From positions 2,976,001 to 3,040,000 of the forward strand of contig CP075494.1 of NCBI GenBank assembly GCA_021613535.1: a stretch of DNA of 64,000 nt. Reading direction: 5' to 3'. The notes under the pieces were generated by a model. It was not told the origin of the DNA and made no database searches. It was given only the letters and a program-made list of their open reading frames with translations. The stretch comes from Adineta vaga. Lineage: Eukaryota > Animalia > Rotifera. Position 1 is the stretch's first letter, and each line of letters opens with the position of its first letter. Shown here one piece after another: positions 24,239-37,831 of the stretch. The translations under genes were made by a program, and so were the position numbers.

Positions 24239-25049
24239 GTTCTCCAACGACTTTAAAAACTATCTATATAATATCATGTACAATAATTTATACATATGCC
24301 ACTTCCGTTTTTATTTTTTGTTTTTGATTATGACATGTCTCGCATAGAAATCATTTTATATGAGCAATATATGATCATACTATCTATTTCTCCGAGTAAA
24401 TTATTTAGTATATTTTTACCTACCATAACTTCCTTTTCGTACCTCAACGTATACTCAAATCATGTTTGATCAATATCTTCAATAATAGTGACGATAGGTT
24501 ATTTTTCTCTGTCAATTATGAAAAGAAAAAATAACCTTGATATAAAATGAGTCATTTATTGCACTAATTGACTGAAATTCAACCGCAAAGGAAACGAGCA
24601 AGGTGAAAAAAACAATAATGTTATACTCAAAGTTCATTAGATAATTGTTAATAAGAGTGTTATTGATTTTCAATCTATTACACACATCAATAAAATCTTG
24701 ATAAAACAAGACTTCTATAGATTATTTTTCTGTATGATTATGACTAAAATTCACAATATAATTAACAGAGTGTCATAGTTGATTTATCTATTTTTTATTT
24801 AAATGAATGTATATTCTAAGCCATAGATGGTGTATATATTTTTGATTCTTCTTGCACTGTTTCAGTCATTCTTGTATTTTATTGTTCTATAAGGACTTCG
24901 GAACAGTAAACTAAGTAGTAGGTAAAAATAATATTTGAAATAAAAGTTTTATCTATTATGAAATTCTTTTAATAAAATAAATGAATTTTTCTTTTCAGTT
25001 TTAATTAATATTTGAAATTTTGATTTCAGATAGAAATCTACTTCGAAAT

Positions 25050-25225
25050 ATTCGTTATCAGATATGGTTTATGGCTGAAATTTATTAATGAAGGTATCGA
25101 AATTCGTGTTAAAATTATTCAAAGAATGTTGATAAGATATTTATTTAATTTTGTTGTTTATTGTCAATTAATTCAAAACTCTGATGATGAAAAAATAACT
25201 TAATTTACTATTCAATTCAAATGAT
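25050..25225 (+). pseudogene. Decayed copy of the 5' end of the neighbouring GHKL/DUF3684 gene
   Basis: Aligns by eye to about 26950-27135 (TTTATGG.TGAAA..ATTAATGAAGGT.TCGAA...CAAAGAATGTT...AATTAATTCAAAA.TCTGATGATG...ATTCAATTCAAATG), with indels and stops. Confidence 0.75.
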
Positions 25226-26923
25226 CTAAGTAAATTCAATTTGTGATGTATTTACATTCATTAAAATTCATTAAGATCCCTCAAAAATCAAGATGTTTGT
25301 ACATTGCAGCACATTTTATCAAAACTTTACAAAAAAGAATGGAATTATATGTATATATATATATATATATACAGTAGTTATAACATTCTCAATCAAAAAG
25401 AAGAAGATTGAGCAAGGACATCTTGTAGTTTTTCCAGAAGACTCTGTCGTTCTTCTTTTGTTGCTGATCAAATTTCTTCTTTCGGTGCTTGAATATCTGA
25501 TGATGTATTGAGTATAAATATCTCCGATGATCCGATATGTTTCTTGACGAGAAATGTCAATACTCTCTCAGTTAAAGTATTTACAGGTGATATCGAATGA
25601 AATTGATTTGTAGCAACATGCATTACATTACCAGGAAAATGATGTCTTGATTTCACATGACAAAGAGTACTGGGAAGAATTTTAGGTGGATCAAAGATAT
25701 TTCCTTGATGTCGTAAAAATTTATATGTAAAATTTTCATCCTTCTTATCGACAATTTCCCATCATTTTTCATGATACTCACCTTGTAGAAAACGAGTAGT
25801 GAATGCATGTAAGTCGATGATTGTGCACATTTGTTTCTGTACAATCAATAAACCAGTTAATCTGATATTCATTTCTCATGTTATATTTATCTTGCCCACA
25901 ACAGATTTGAATCATAACACCAGGAACAGTACGAACATCAGCATAGGACCAATTACGAACTTGATCTTTGATGACATCCCAATATGCTTGCTTCATCTTA
26001 ATAGACAGTTGTATCGAACTAAATCAAGTGAATGTACTTAAGATTGAAAGTATTATTTAATGCAAACAAATGTTACCGAAAAATAAAACTTACAATTTAT
26101 TTGCTTGTATGACTGGTAGTCTGTAGCGGTGTGTGAATGTGTTTCTTATCGTCTTGTATATATCTGATTAATAGTTAAACGCATCACCTTATATATTTTC
26201 GTTCGTCTGTTGCTAGATTGTGAAAAAATCCAGTTCCTCTAACTATGGAATGATTCATGACTTTTATATAGATTTTATAACTTCACCATCTTGTGCATCG
26301 CAGGAATAATGTATCATTATGATTTCGTAATTTAAAAATATTCATTTGCGATATTTTAATCCAAATTTTGTCTTAAAGTTTATATCATTTTGAAAATAGA
26401 TAATTGCCAATTCGGAAAACCTTTCGGAAAAATGATTAAAGTAATGTTTATAATGTTCGAAATTTTAAAGAAATTCGAAACGATTTTGTTTGAGATGAAA
26501 GAAGTTGGATTTTTTAGTCGAAGTACATTATGAATAATTGTATATTCATCATTTTATATACTGAATAGAAATCTGAATTGAACTTGATAAATACCTAATA
26601 ATTATTTTTAGTATTTTCTTAATGTCATTCACTTCTATTAAAATTCAAAAATATTGAGCCATTCTATTATAGTAAATCTGGTAGAAACTTAAATTTATCA
26701 AACAACTTGATTTTAATATACTCTATAAGTCATAGATGTCGGCTGTTGATGGTATTTTTATACGTTATTTTTGTCGTTTTTTTCATTTAAATCTCTTCAT
26801 CTTTTTTCATTCTCACATATTCGTGTATTTTGTACTCCAATAACTGAACTTTCATATCTCAAGCAGATACAAATGATTACATATTTTTCTAACTTTTAGA
26901 TTGAAAATAAATAAAAAAAGACA

Positions 26924-29900
26924 ATGATTGAAGAAACCATTCCGGAAGATTTATCATCAGATGATTTATGGTTGAAAATCATTAATGAAGGTGTCGAAGA
27001 CCGTGTTGAAGTTAATCAAAGAATGTTAATTGATAAAATGTTGGCAAGATATTCATCTGAGTTTGTTGTTTATCGTGAATTAATTCAAAATTCTGATGAT
27101 GCACAAGCAACTTCATTCGTTATTCAATTCAAATGTACTACTATTAATAAAACATCAACAATAGATCATTTTAATCATTGTTCAATGACTGAAATTCGTA
27201 CAATGAATAATGGGAAAATATTCAATGAAGAGGATTGGAAAAGAGTTCTAACAATAGCTGAAGGAAATACAAATAGTGATGCAATTGGACAATTTGGTGT
27301 TGGTTTCTTTTCGGTTTTTTCTTATTCAGAAAAACCAATGATTCAATCAGGAAAACATTGTCTAGCTTTTGTTTGGCAAAATGGAAAATCATTAACAACA
27401 TTTCGAAAAGAATTATCTTTAGATGAACAATCATCATTCACATCAATTATTCTGCCAATGAAACATAAATACATTCTTAAAACAATAGATGATGAATCGA
27501 CTAATGAAATAATTCCTGTTTTGAATTTAATACAATTAAAATCCTTTTTAATTAAAGTTCTTTCATTTACAAAATATCTCAATAAAATAAGTATTCAAAT
27601 AAATAATATCAAGGTTTTCCAAGTAAATAAAATAAGAAAACCAATATCATCGATGAAATTATCATTAACAACAAAATCGAATAAACAACAAAATTTTCTT
27701 CATTTAAAATCAATGATTCAAACAGAACAAACGTTTCAGATTGTCGACGGTCCATCAATTGCTTTCAATCATATTGATGTAGAAGCTGATGTAAAAATCG
27801 ATGAAGATCTTCATAAACAAATTGAAAATGTTTTGAAAAAACGTCTACCTTCAACTATTCATATTGGACTTTTATTTCTATCAAACCAGGTCAGTTTTAG
27901 TTCATTTTTATAGATTTCCATATTGCTCTTGTTCCTTATCGTCTACTATAGATATTTGAAAAAGAGCAATGGAATCTTTTGATAAATGATCGAATGTTAC
28001 AAGATTTAATTCCATTGAAAGATTCTCAAGGAAAAATGTTTCCCACGGGTCAAGTCTTTGTTGGTTTAGGAACACGTCAATCCACAGGTGATTGGAATGC
28101 ATATCTATAGCCATTTGATACCAACAATTGAACGAGAAAATCTCGATTTACAAGATCCATATATTTCTATTTGGAATGAACACCTACTTCGATCTATTGG
28201 AAATGTTATTCGTTTAATTTATGAACAGACAATAGTTGATGCTGTAACTAATTTTTCACAGCATCTCAATAGTATTCTTTCTTCTTACGCGTTTCAAACA
28301 TCAGTACCCAATAAAGTTATCGGTTAGTACGTTTTCTGTATGTCTATTTCGATATATTTAAATCATTTTTCATATATTCGTTTTTTATTCTAGGTGAAAT
28401 TCTTCTCGATGGATTTTTTTCATTGGATAAAGATATTTTTGTACCAATTCAACGATCTCCATCTGATAATCAACTTTCATTAAGTTCATCACGTAAAGCA
28501 TTTCTTAGTACTTCTAAATACATTGAAAAGTTTCTCTCCATACCACTCGTTCCATTCGACATTGGACAAAATGATTTTTTTCAAATATTAAAACAACATA
28601 ATGAAATTCAAGAAATTGATTTTAATCTAATCTTAGAAAAAATTCCTGAATCAATATTTTTAGTTGACGAATTAATTGAATTGCTTCGTTGGTTATGTTC
28701 AACTTCAATTTCCGATAAATCTTTTATCAAAGAAATTCTTTCCGAAATTTATTATCGTGAAACGTATCAATCATCAATAGTACAATTAGAACATATTCGA
28801 CATTATGATGCTTTAAATCTTTCGCCACGTCTTCCCCTTCCATCCAATGTTTTACCATGCAACATTGTTAATCATATATCTCAAGAAGATTTACAAAAGA
28901 AATTGTCGTTATCAAATATATCGACAAGAAATTTAATTTCATTTTATCTTCTTAGCACTCAACATTATTTATTTGAGAATGAAATAACATCACAGATTCT
29001 TTTGAATCTTCTTTTTCAACATTGGATTCAATTTAATACTAATGATTTAAATCACATCAAAACAATCCTATCAAAATTAAGATGTATTTCAACAAATCAA
29101 GGAATGAAATTGCCTGAAGAATCTTATATTCCTTCAACAAACATATCTGAAGATTTACCTATTATTACATTTTCTATTTTACAGGATGATCAAGAGCAAT
29201 CAACCGACTATCCTCTATCAACTGAATTTCTTAAATCAATCGGATGTCGAACGATGCTTTTTCCAACAATCACAGATTTCAATACAAATGATCAAACATT
29301 ACAAAGTTTTATTCAAGATTTATTGAAACAACGAAAGCATATGAGTGATTCAGATTTAAATGCTTTGAGAAATAATCGATGTCTTACAGGTTAACCTGTT
29401 TTCTTGATACAATAATCATATCTTTATCTCTATTTAGGGATAACATTCGAGTATAATGGCGAAATAAAACGTAAATATAAAGGAAATGAATTACATTTTC
29501 CCTCGGTTGCAAAACAACTGCAATGGAAAGAATTACTAATCATTGATTGGATTGATATAAATCCTTTATCAGAAGAATATCTCTTTCTCAAAGAACTTGG
29601 TGTAAAAGAAGTAGTTGATTTACAAGAATTGATCGTTCGTATTGCACAAGAACATGATCGAAAATCAACAGTTCAATCCGAATATAAACTACCACGATCA
29701 TTAATTTATTTTGCCGAAAATTTTCGAAAATATTATTCGAAATTTTGGGAAACGTATCAGGTAGAAACTTCTTTTCTTCCTTCATCTCCTCCAGAAGTCG
29801 ATCAATCAACAGAAGTTATTCTAACAACTCCTCAGTCCGTTTTTAAAGGTATAAATTTTTAATAGAATTTCTATTTGATCGATTTCTTACCAATAGAATC

Positions 29901-32257
29901 AAATCCTTTATGTTCAACTTTATTACCTGATGTTCTTCGATATTTCTCACGTTGTTTCGATATAAGTTTACTTGGAATCAAATCTCGTCCAGATTTAGAA
30001 ACAGCATTTGATAGTTTAATGAATAAACGAAATGAAATCTTAACAGTTGAAACAGCTTCAAAATATTTTTCGTATTTAAATAAATTAGATGGTCTCAATA
30101 AAACATTTATTGATAGAATTTCAAAGGAATCATTCATACCTCTACAAGGTTTAACTTCTTCTTCTTATTCTCTTCCATCTCAAGTATTTATTCGTTCAAA
30201 TTCTGCTGATGAAATAGCCACAACTGGTCTTATTGATTATATTGATTATGGTCCTGAAGGAAATTCATTTCTTTTTCGAATTGGAGTTGTTTCATATCCA
30301 TCTGCTGAAACTTTAGTAGAATTACTTCTTGAACGACAATCAACTTATTTTGCACAAACAGATGACCTGATCACAAGCAAATTACGTATTTATACAAATT
30401 GTTTAAAACAATTAGCATCTATTTCTGATATCAAACAAAAATTGTCTTCAGAACCATTAAAAACTCGTTTGATAAATGAACCTTGGTGTTTAGCCTACCG
30501 AACAATTCAACATGAAGACGATATAAATGAAAAGATCTTTCAAATAGCAAAACCATGTGATATTTATCTCGATGACGATCATCAATCATCTATTGATCTT
30601 CAACCATTATGTGCACCGGACGAATCAGATTTAATGAAATTATATGAAACATTTGGAGCTAAATGGTTATCAGAATCTGTTCAAAGAACTTTAATGCATA
30701 TTGGTTTGTTTTCTGTTGTTATTCTCATTTGAAATTTCTATATCGAAGAGTTTTTAGGGAAAGTTTTTACAACAGAACGAAGTCAACAACTTTATGAATT
30801 GATTGATCATCGTTTGGATATGTTATTCGTTAATAAAAGAGTAAAATTAATTAATTCTTATGAAATTCACATATACTTTTCTTTTAGGGTGAATATTTAG
30901 AAAATATCGATGAAAATCGTTTGAATTTATTACGAAAACATTTATCTATTTATGAAAGTGAAGGAATTCAATGTGAAATAACATTTCAATCTCGAACAAT
31001 GACATTAGACGTAAGATTTTAATCTTTCTTTTCAAATAATTTCTCTTTTTTTTTGTTTTTCTTTTAATTCAAGTCAACAAATTGTAGTTCATGTGTTCTG
31101 GAATATGAGAAAAATCAAGTCAATTTATATATTCATAAAGATCTTCCAACATTTGATTATATTGATATTGCAAATGAATTAACTCGATTTGTTCATAAAA
31201 AACCACTTGAAACATTAGTTCATTCAATAAGTGATAAACTTTCGTCACCATTAGAAACACTCAAACGACGTGGAATACCAGTCGATAGATTATTAAAAAA
31301 TAAACAACAACAACGTAAGTTAAAATCTCGCGAAGTTCGTATTCTATACTTTCATCTTCCAATTGTTCTCTTAGAAATAAAATTAGCATTCAAACCAGAG
31401 AATCAAGTATCAAAATCTAATAATCAATATAAACCATCGATAGACAAAGTATCAAATGGATTTCCTCAAAATATCCAAGAGTAATTTTGTTGTTTCTTTC
31501 AAAACAAATTTCTATATGTTTATATTTATAGTTTCTTATCTCCGATGTCTAATGAATCATTTCAAAAATATTCAAGTAATATTGAACGAGATTTTATCGA
31601 TGATTTTCGCAAAGATCAATCATTAAATCCAATTGATATGGATCAAATGATAAAAACAAGTCGATCCTATTCTCAAAATGAATTTCATCATACTGACTCT
31701 TCACGATATGAAACCAACAATTCCTGTGAATGTATTCCATCATCAAATATGCTTCGTTATCCAATTCTTCTTCACAATATTCCACTTTACATCGATGAAA
31801 ATGTTCTTGTAACAAATCTCATGATTCAACAAGGAGAACAATTAGCTTATCTCTTATCGTCACTTGCAGAACAAGTTTTTCATATGTCACAATCAGTGAT
31901 TCATCTTTTTCGTGATATAAACAGTGGTAAGAAGTTCATATCGAATAGTTTCATTGGATTTTTGTCTTTGTTTTAGCTCGCATTGCGTTTAATAATAATG
32001 GTGCATTGTTTTTTAATCTTCGTTATTTTGAACAAGTCTTTGGGAATGATTTGCAAACGGATTCGTCGTCAAATTCAATTGTACGTACGATAATTAATTT
32101 TTATTTTGTAATCTTTTGTCATGAATTAACACATAATATTCATGTAAATCATAATTTAAATTTTCTTCATTGTTTCGAAAGAGTTCTTGTGAAATTTATT
32201 GATGAAAAAGATGTTTTTCTATCGAAATTTTCTTTTATTTCTCAACTAAATGAATAA
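26924..32257 (+). CDS. Fungal-type GHKL (HATPase_c/sacsin-like) ATPase + DUF3684 + C-terminal HExxH protein; multi-exon, frameshifted at about 28090
   Basis: VNQRMLIDKMLARYS, RELIQNSDDA, NNG, IAEGN, IGQFGVGFFSVF; C-terminal IAFN..GALFFNLRYFEQ and CHELTHNIHVNH. One extra G in ACAGGTGATTGGA breaks the STG-IGMHIYSHLIPT reading. Confidence 0.78.
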
Positions 32258-32311
32258 AAATGTTCATTTAAAAAAAAACAAAAATTTTCTAATCATCAAC
32301 CAAAATTACAT

Positions 32312-34206
32312 TTAAGAATCTAGAATTTTAGATGAAATTGGTGTTGTCATTAACATTGGTTCTTTCACAGTTTCCTCGCCTGTTACATGTCCTGGAGGTA
32401 ATGGAATTGGATCAGTATCAGTTCGTTTTGGTCCAGCAAATGAATGTCGAGCAGAAAAAAACCAATAAAACGTGGCAATAATCGCAACACCACCAATAAC
32501 AACAATGGCATAATTCATATTGTCTTTCGTTATTGGATAATTTGCTGGAAAAAGCATAATAATCGAAGTAATAGCAAGCCAAATGGATGATACAATAGCA
32601 ATTGGAACACCGAATCGACCGAGATGAAATTCTCCGCGAGGAAATTTCTTTCGCGCAAATGTACAACGAAGAAAAATTGGTATTAAATAAGAAACTTGAT
32701 AACCAAGTGTTGCAATAGCAATAATTGCTGCAAATGCTGTTGTAGAAATTAATTGAAGCAAAAGAAGAGTTGAATCAATAATAAAAACAACGAAAACATT
32801 TGCTAATGGAGTTTTTGTTGGTTTAAATATCCATCGAAGAAGATGTGAACACGGAAATACACCATCACGAGCCATTGCAAATCTTTGTATTTCGAAAGAA
32901 GAAAAAAACAAATCAAATTGATTTTCATCAAAAGAAAAATCTTCTTACCCAATTCGAGTTGTTACTGTCATTCCTGACATTCCTCCAAAATGTAGATTGA
33001 TAATCAATAAAATTGTTAATGCTAAAGCACCTCGATGTGGTACAGCTAATTGATAAACCGCAACACATAGGTTAATCGCTTGATTATCATTACCATATCC
33101 TTTCATAAATGTCGTGACATTTGGAATGGCAAAAAGAAGTGCAAGTAAATAAATAAAACCCACTAAAGAACTACAAATACAAGTACCAATAATACCATGA
33201 GGAGCTTTTTTAAAAATAGAATTTATATGAATAATGATTAGAATTACAAAAAGATTTGTTTTATACCTGCTTTTCCTGCACTTTGAGTTTCTTCAGCTAA
33301 ATGTGCACCAGCTTTTAACAGAAAAGCAAGAATGAAATGGAAATCGCATATATATATTTATGAATTTACTACCTTCATATCCAGAAAAGGAAAATAATGT
33401 CGAAAGAATGCTTATAAAACAAACATAAATAAATGGAAAACCAGTTCCATTATGAGTTGATGTAAACACATCAGAGATTGTCGCTCGTTGTGGAGTCATT
33501 AGAAAAAGAACAAGAACAATACTTATTGTCGAACCAATTTGTACAAATGTAGCTAAATTATTCAACCATCCTTGTTGATCAATACGAAGTGCATTTTGAA
33601 TTGCCCATACAAATGTTATTCCAACCGAAATACCTACTTGAATACCAATACTTAACGATGGTCTACCATCGAGAATAAATGCCGCATTGACTATCGTTGC
33701 AAAACCGGATGAAAAAGCTGCATCACCTATTGATTCGTTCGAATGATTAACAATTAAATATAGATTCAATTAGATTTACCAGCGAAATTACCAACAAAAT
33801 TAAACCATCCACAAATGAATGAAGCTAGAGGAGCATAGCGAGGAGGTACAAGTTGACCTGCCCTTGAAAACGAGAACAAAATCAAATGAGATTGATAAAT
33901 AAAATACGGAGATTCCTACCAATAATAAACCGAACCAGCACTTGGATATACTGAACAAATTTCTGCTAAAGAAAGACCAATAAGAATTGTAAAAAACGAT
34001 CCAAGAATCCATGACCAAATAATCACACTTGATCCACCTGTATTCAGTGCAAAAGTAAAACCAATCGAAATTGAAGTTAAAACATTGACAGTTGTAAAAC
34101 AAAAAGCAAAGGACATAAATGGTGAAAAACCACGATAAAGTTCTTGTGTATATCCCAGTTCATGAAGTACATCATCATCGGATTCTTTTTCAACTTGTTT
34201 AATCAT
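32312..34206 (-). CDS. APC-superfamily amino acid/polyamine permease (GABA permease/BAT1-like, ACT family)
   Basis: LHELGYTQELYRGFS, SLAEICSVYPSAGSVYYW, FSGYEAGAHLAEET, FAMARDGVFP, MNYAIVV; about 12 TM segments over 6 exons. Confidence 0.9.
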
Positions 34207-34851
34207 TAAAATATCGATAGAACAAATCTGATTGTATAAAAAAAGAAAGAAAGAATCGTCTATTGACAAAAGAATATTATCATAAGATTAATCTATTTTA
34301 TGGTATGCAGGAAGATTAAATATTAGAATGTCGGTTTATATAGATTGTCTTTATCACATTTTTTTTTCGTTTTTTCTACTGAAAAAATTTGCTTGTGAAG
34401 GATAAATGAAAAGAACAGATAAAATATAACAAAAGGATATAATCATATGAAGCTTTTTGTTTCGTACACAAAATTTTTCAATAATACTTTACATATTGAT
34501 GAAGGATTTATCGAAAAAACAAATGAGCATCTTTGATTTGGAATTAATTTAAGTCTATAGTCTATGAATGATAAATAAAACTTGAATTTCTAATGATTAT
34601 CATTTCTCGTGATTTAGATTCGTTTTTTGAAGTTCACATAGCTTTTTAAGCCATTCATTTTTTAGAGCTTACAATTTGATCTTACTTAATATTCATTATG
34701 AATTTTTTGAAGATTATCGTTTATTTTCTGAAATTTCAAAAGAAATAAAAATTTTAATGAAATATCATTGATTAATAAATGATTTATATAAAGAAATCAG
34801 TTCTGATACATTCAAATAAATTAATATTCATCAACATTTTTAGCTGATATT

Positions 34852-35595
34852 TTACCATTCATCTGTGCCAAGGTAAGATTGTGGTTCAGAGGGTTCAACA
34901 ACAGGTTCCGGTGGGGGTGGTTCATAGACAGGTTCTGGTGGAGGTGGTTCATAGTATGGTTCTGGCGGGGGTGGTTCATAAACAGGTTCCGGTGGAGGTG
35001 GTTCATAAACAGGTTCCGGTGGAGGTGGTTCATAGACAGGTTCCGGTGGGGGTGGTTCATAAACAGGTTCCGGTGGAGGTGGTTCATAGTATGGTTCTGG
35101 CGGGGGTGGTTCATAGACAGGTTCTGGTGGAGGTGGTTCATAAACAGGTTCTGGCGGGGGTGGTTCATAGACAGGTTCTGATGGAGGTGGTTCGTAATAC
35201 TCAACAGTTGGTTGAGAAGGTGGCGGTTCACAATATTCGATAGTTGGTTTAGGTTGAACAACGACAACTGGTTCTGGTTGTCTTTGTGGTGTACGTCTTT
35301 GCGGTGATGGTACTCGTGTGGGTCGTGCTACAGGTCGATTTTGTTGTGTTCTTACAACAGTGTGTGTCTCAGTTCTTCTTACAACAACAGGTGTTTGTCT
35401 TGTCGTTGGTGTAGCAACAGGTGGTGGTTTGTATTGATAATTATCATCAATACGAATAACTGAAGGTTGTTGATGAACTGTTCGTGGTTGAATAACAACA
35501 TTTGTATCAACTTTGTTACAACTTGTTCCGCATCCACATTTTTCTTCACATCCTTTACAACAACAACAGCAGCAGCAACAACATTCTTTACACAT
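34852..35595 (-). CDS. Poly-Cys N-terminus plus (EPPPPEPVY)n proline-rich repeat protein
   Basis: ATG at 35595 directly after an acceptor (5' UTR intron about 35596-35668); MCKE followed by 9 consecutive Cys; 11 nonapeptide repeats. Confidence 0.75.
   Translation of the reverse strand: MCKECCCCCCCCCKGCEEKCGCGTSCNKVDTNVVIQPRTVHQQPSVIRIDDNYQYKPPPVATPTTRQTPVVVRRTETHTVVRTQQNRPVARPTRVPSPQRRTPQRQPEPVVVVQPKPTIEYCEPPPSQPTVEYYEPPPSEPVYEPPPPEPVYEPPPPEPVYEPPPPEPYYEPPPPEPVYEPPPPEPVYEPPPPEPVYEPPPPEPVYEPPPPEPYYEPPPPEPVYEPPPPEPVVEPSEPQSYLGTDEW
34897..35193. repeat. Coding tandem repeat, 11 x 27 bp
   Basis: 297 bp of 27-nt units with no spacers; variation mostly at third codon positions; YY variant at units 4 and 9. 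Confidence 0.95.
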
Positions 35596-35856
35596 CTGAA
35601 ACAAAATAAAAGAAAATTTTTCTAACGAAGAAAATTTATCATTAATTGTATTAATTATAAAATCTCACGTTCTATTGAAATAGTTCAAGATATTTTAGAC
35701 TTTTTATAGTTAATCTTATTCTGAATGAATTTTAAGGAGAAAGAAATGCAAACAATTCGTTGTCAAAACAGAGAAAGAGAAGAAAGTAACTCAAAGTCGT
35801 AGGCGTAATGAAAAAAAATTATTTTTACGATGCCTTAAAACACTTCTAGTAACGAC

Positions 35857-35878
35857 AGAGAGAGAGAGAGAGAGAGAG
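35857..35878. repeat. (AG)11 microsatellite
   Basis: Read directly from the sequence. Confidence 0.9.
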
Positions 35879-35905
35879 CAAGAAAGAAGAAGAAATCACA
35901 ACTTC

Positions 35906-35924
35906 TGACGTTGATTTGACGTCA
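35906..35924. promoter_or_regulatory. CRE palindrome TGACGTCA plus adjacent TGACG half site
   Basis: TGACG at 35906 and TGACGTCA at 35917-35924, about 250 bp upstream of the first exon of the Pro-rich gene. Confidence 0.35.
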
Positions 35925-36889
35925 TATAAAATGATTCTATCACATTTTTCTCTTTTCAATAATAAATAATGTTTCAAAACGTTTTAAGATCATACCAATT
36001 TCATGCACTGACTTGGTCTGTAGGACAATTCCCAAATTGAATATCTGACAAAAGATTTGATTCAAATGTATAAAAACTACTTTGGAAAAAAAAGGACTTC
36101 ATGTATGTCAATACGTGCTTGTGTATTTATTTGACATACATTGCCTTTGTTTGAGTATGTAAAAAATAATGTGCTTTTTTTTCTCTTTCTATGTTGCCAG
36201 ATGTATTTCTTTAATTTCTCTATTTTCAATGGGAATTTCGAAATTTGCTCGATCATTCATTTTATCATTGAACAAATTGTTGAGAAAAATATTTCACATG
36301 AATTCACTTAACGAATTAATTATTTGATTTTCCTTGCTACTCGTCGTTGTCTTCGATCGAATAAACTTTTTTTTCGTTATTATTAAAGAACTACCGATTT
36401 TCGGACATTGAATTTCTCATCATTCCGATGTTTTAACACTTGGTTCATTTAATTTTTTCTTCAAAAACAATAATGTTGTTAAAGGCCAGGACGCCGCTAA
36501 TAAAAACGTTGGTTGCTCTGATTCTTTCAGGACAATTAGCATTGATGTTTTCGAAAGAAGTAATATGATTTTATGAAAAGATAAGTTTTTTCTTCCGAAT
36601 TAAAATAAACCGAAAGCATTTTTAATTACTAATTTTACTCTGACTAACATGATTCGAAAAGCTGTTGGAAAGGATATGCATTGTAAATGCCGAAAAATCT
36701 CTAATAAAAAGTTGAAACTATCAATCATATATTATTTTCATATTTACATATGAATGAGTCAAGCTAGACTATTTGTTGGGTACCATCATCCTTCTCGATT
36801 TTATTTAGTTTTTTTGTAACACGATATATCACCAAAATCCGAGTTTCAGTGAATATACAAATAGAGTTATTGAAAGACATAAATGATGA

Positions 36890-37263
36890 CATCATTGTCT
36901 AGCAAAAATCATCTTTATCTCGTTGATTGTTTTAATTATTCTCGTAATCACTCTTTCTCTTCTGTTAAAATTTGTTATTCTTGCTCCGAAGAAGTCACAA
37001 ACTACCGTTCCAACAACAACAACTTCAGTCACAACTCACCAACCACGTCAGTATCAGAGTGACACTCTTTAATGTTGAGAATGTAAAACTATAGAAAAGA
37101 ATATTCATGCACCGTCATCGTTGATATCTATCTGTCTTTAGAAACTATCTGCAAAGTACCGTTCAGTCCAGTTAACAGAATATTAACTGATGCTAAGTTG
37201 GATCTAGTAGTGACGAATCGTGGGGAAAGCAGCATTACTCTTGTTTTGAATCGTTGTCCGTAG
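36890..37263 (+). pseudogene. Collapsed remnant of a type II membrane, Thr-stalk, FG-GAP/VCBS-repeat gene
   Basis: KIIFISLIVLIILVITLSLLLKFVILAPKK TM segment, TTVPTTTTTS stalk, terminal repeat DAKLDLVVTNRGESSITLVLNRCP*; frames broken between the parts. Confidence 0.5.
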
Positions 37264-37831
37264 TTTATTTCTTTGTTTTTCTGTAACTTGACATACAACA
37301 TTTTTATTGATCTTTTAAATTGTTACTTGAAAATGAGGTTGTCGCTGAATCCAATATTCAGCATTATCAAATGGAGTTTAAAAATCAAGAGTAAGATTAG
37401 AACTTCCCAAAATTAGGTAAATATTGTTCCAAAAGCATTTCCCATTCCGTTGGTTCGACCAGTGTTCGTCCTCTTCCTCCAACATCGATTTTAAGAATAA
37501 AACATCTTGCTATGGACAAATAGTTAACAATTGATTGATCGTTATACATTCACATGTAACATGCGTCAGAGTTGAAAATTTGTGTTTGAAATTTTTGATA
37601 TTCCATAAATTTATTTCCTTTGGTACATATAAATAACGAAGAGAATCCCAACTACCTGTCATGATCATTGACCAATTTTTTGTATTCATGCGAGATTCAA
37701 TATCGTATCATTTAACATGTTTTATTATAATCGATTCATAAATAGATGACATCCGGGGGAAGTCGTGTGTATATGGTACTGTTTTTTTTTCTTCCTAAAT
37801 TTTATTCGTACTTCTCGAAAAAAAAGGCAAA

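Noticed and set aside
25290-26200. Minus-strand coding-like fragments (SIQLSIKMKQAYWDVIK...)
   Set aside because: Broken frames and no family I can recognise; possibly another relic but not supportable.
34879-35243. CRISPR-like array, or separate W/R-rich and V/H-rich ORFs on the plus strand
   Set aside because: The 27-bp units are contiguous with no spacers and vary mainly at wobble positions of the minus-strand EPPPPEPVY frame; the other ORFs are shadows of the repeat.
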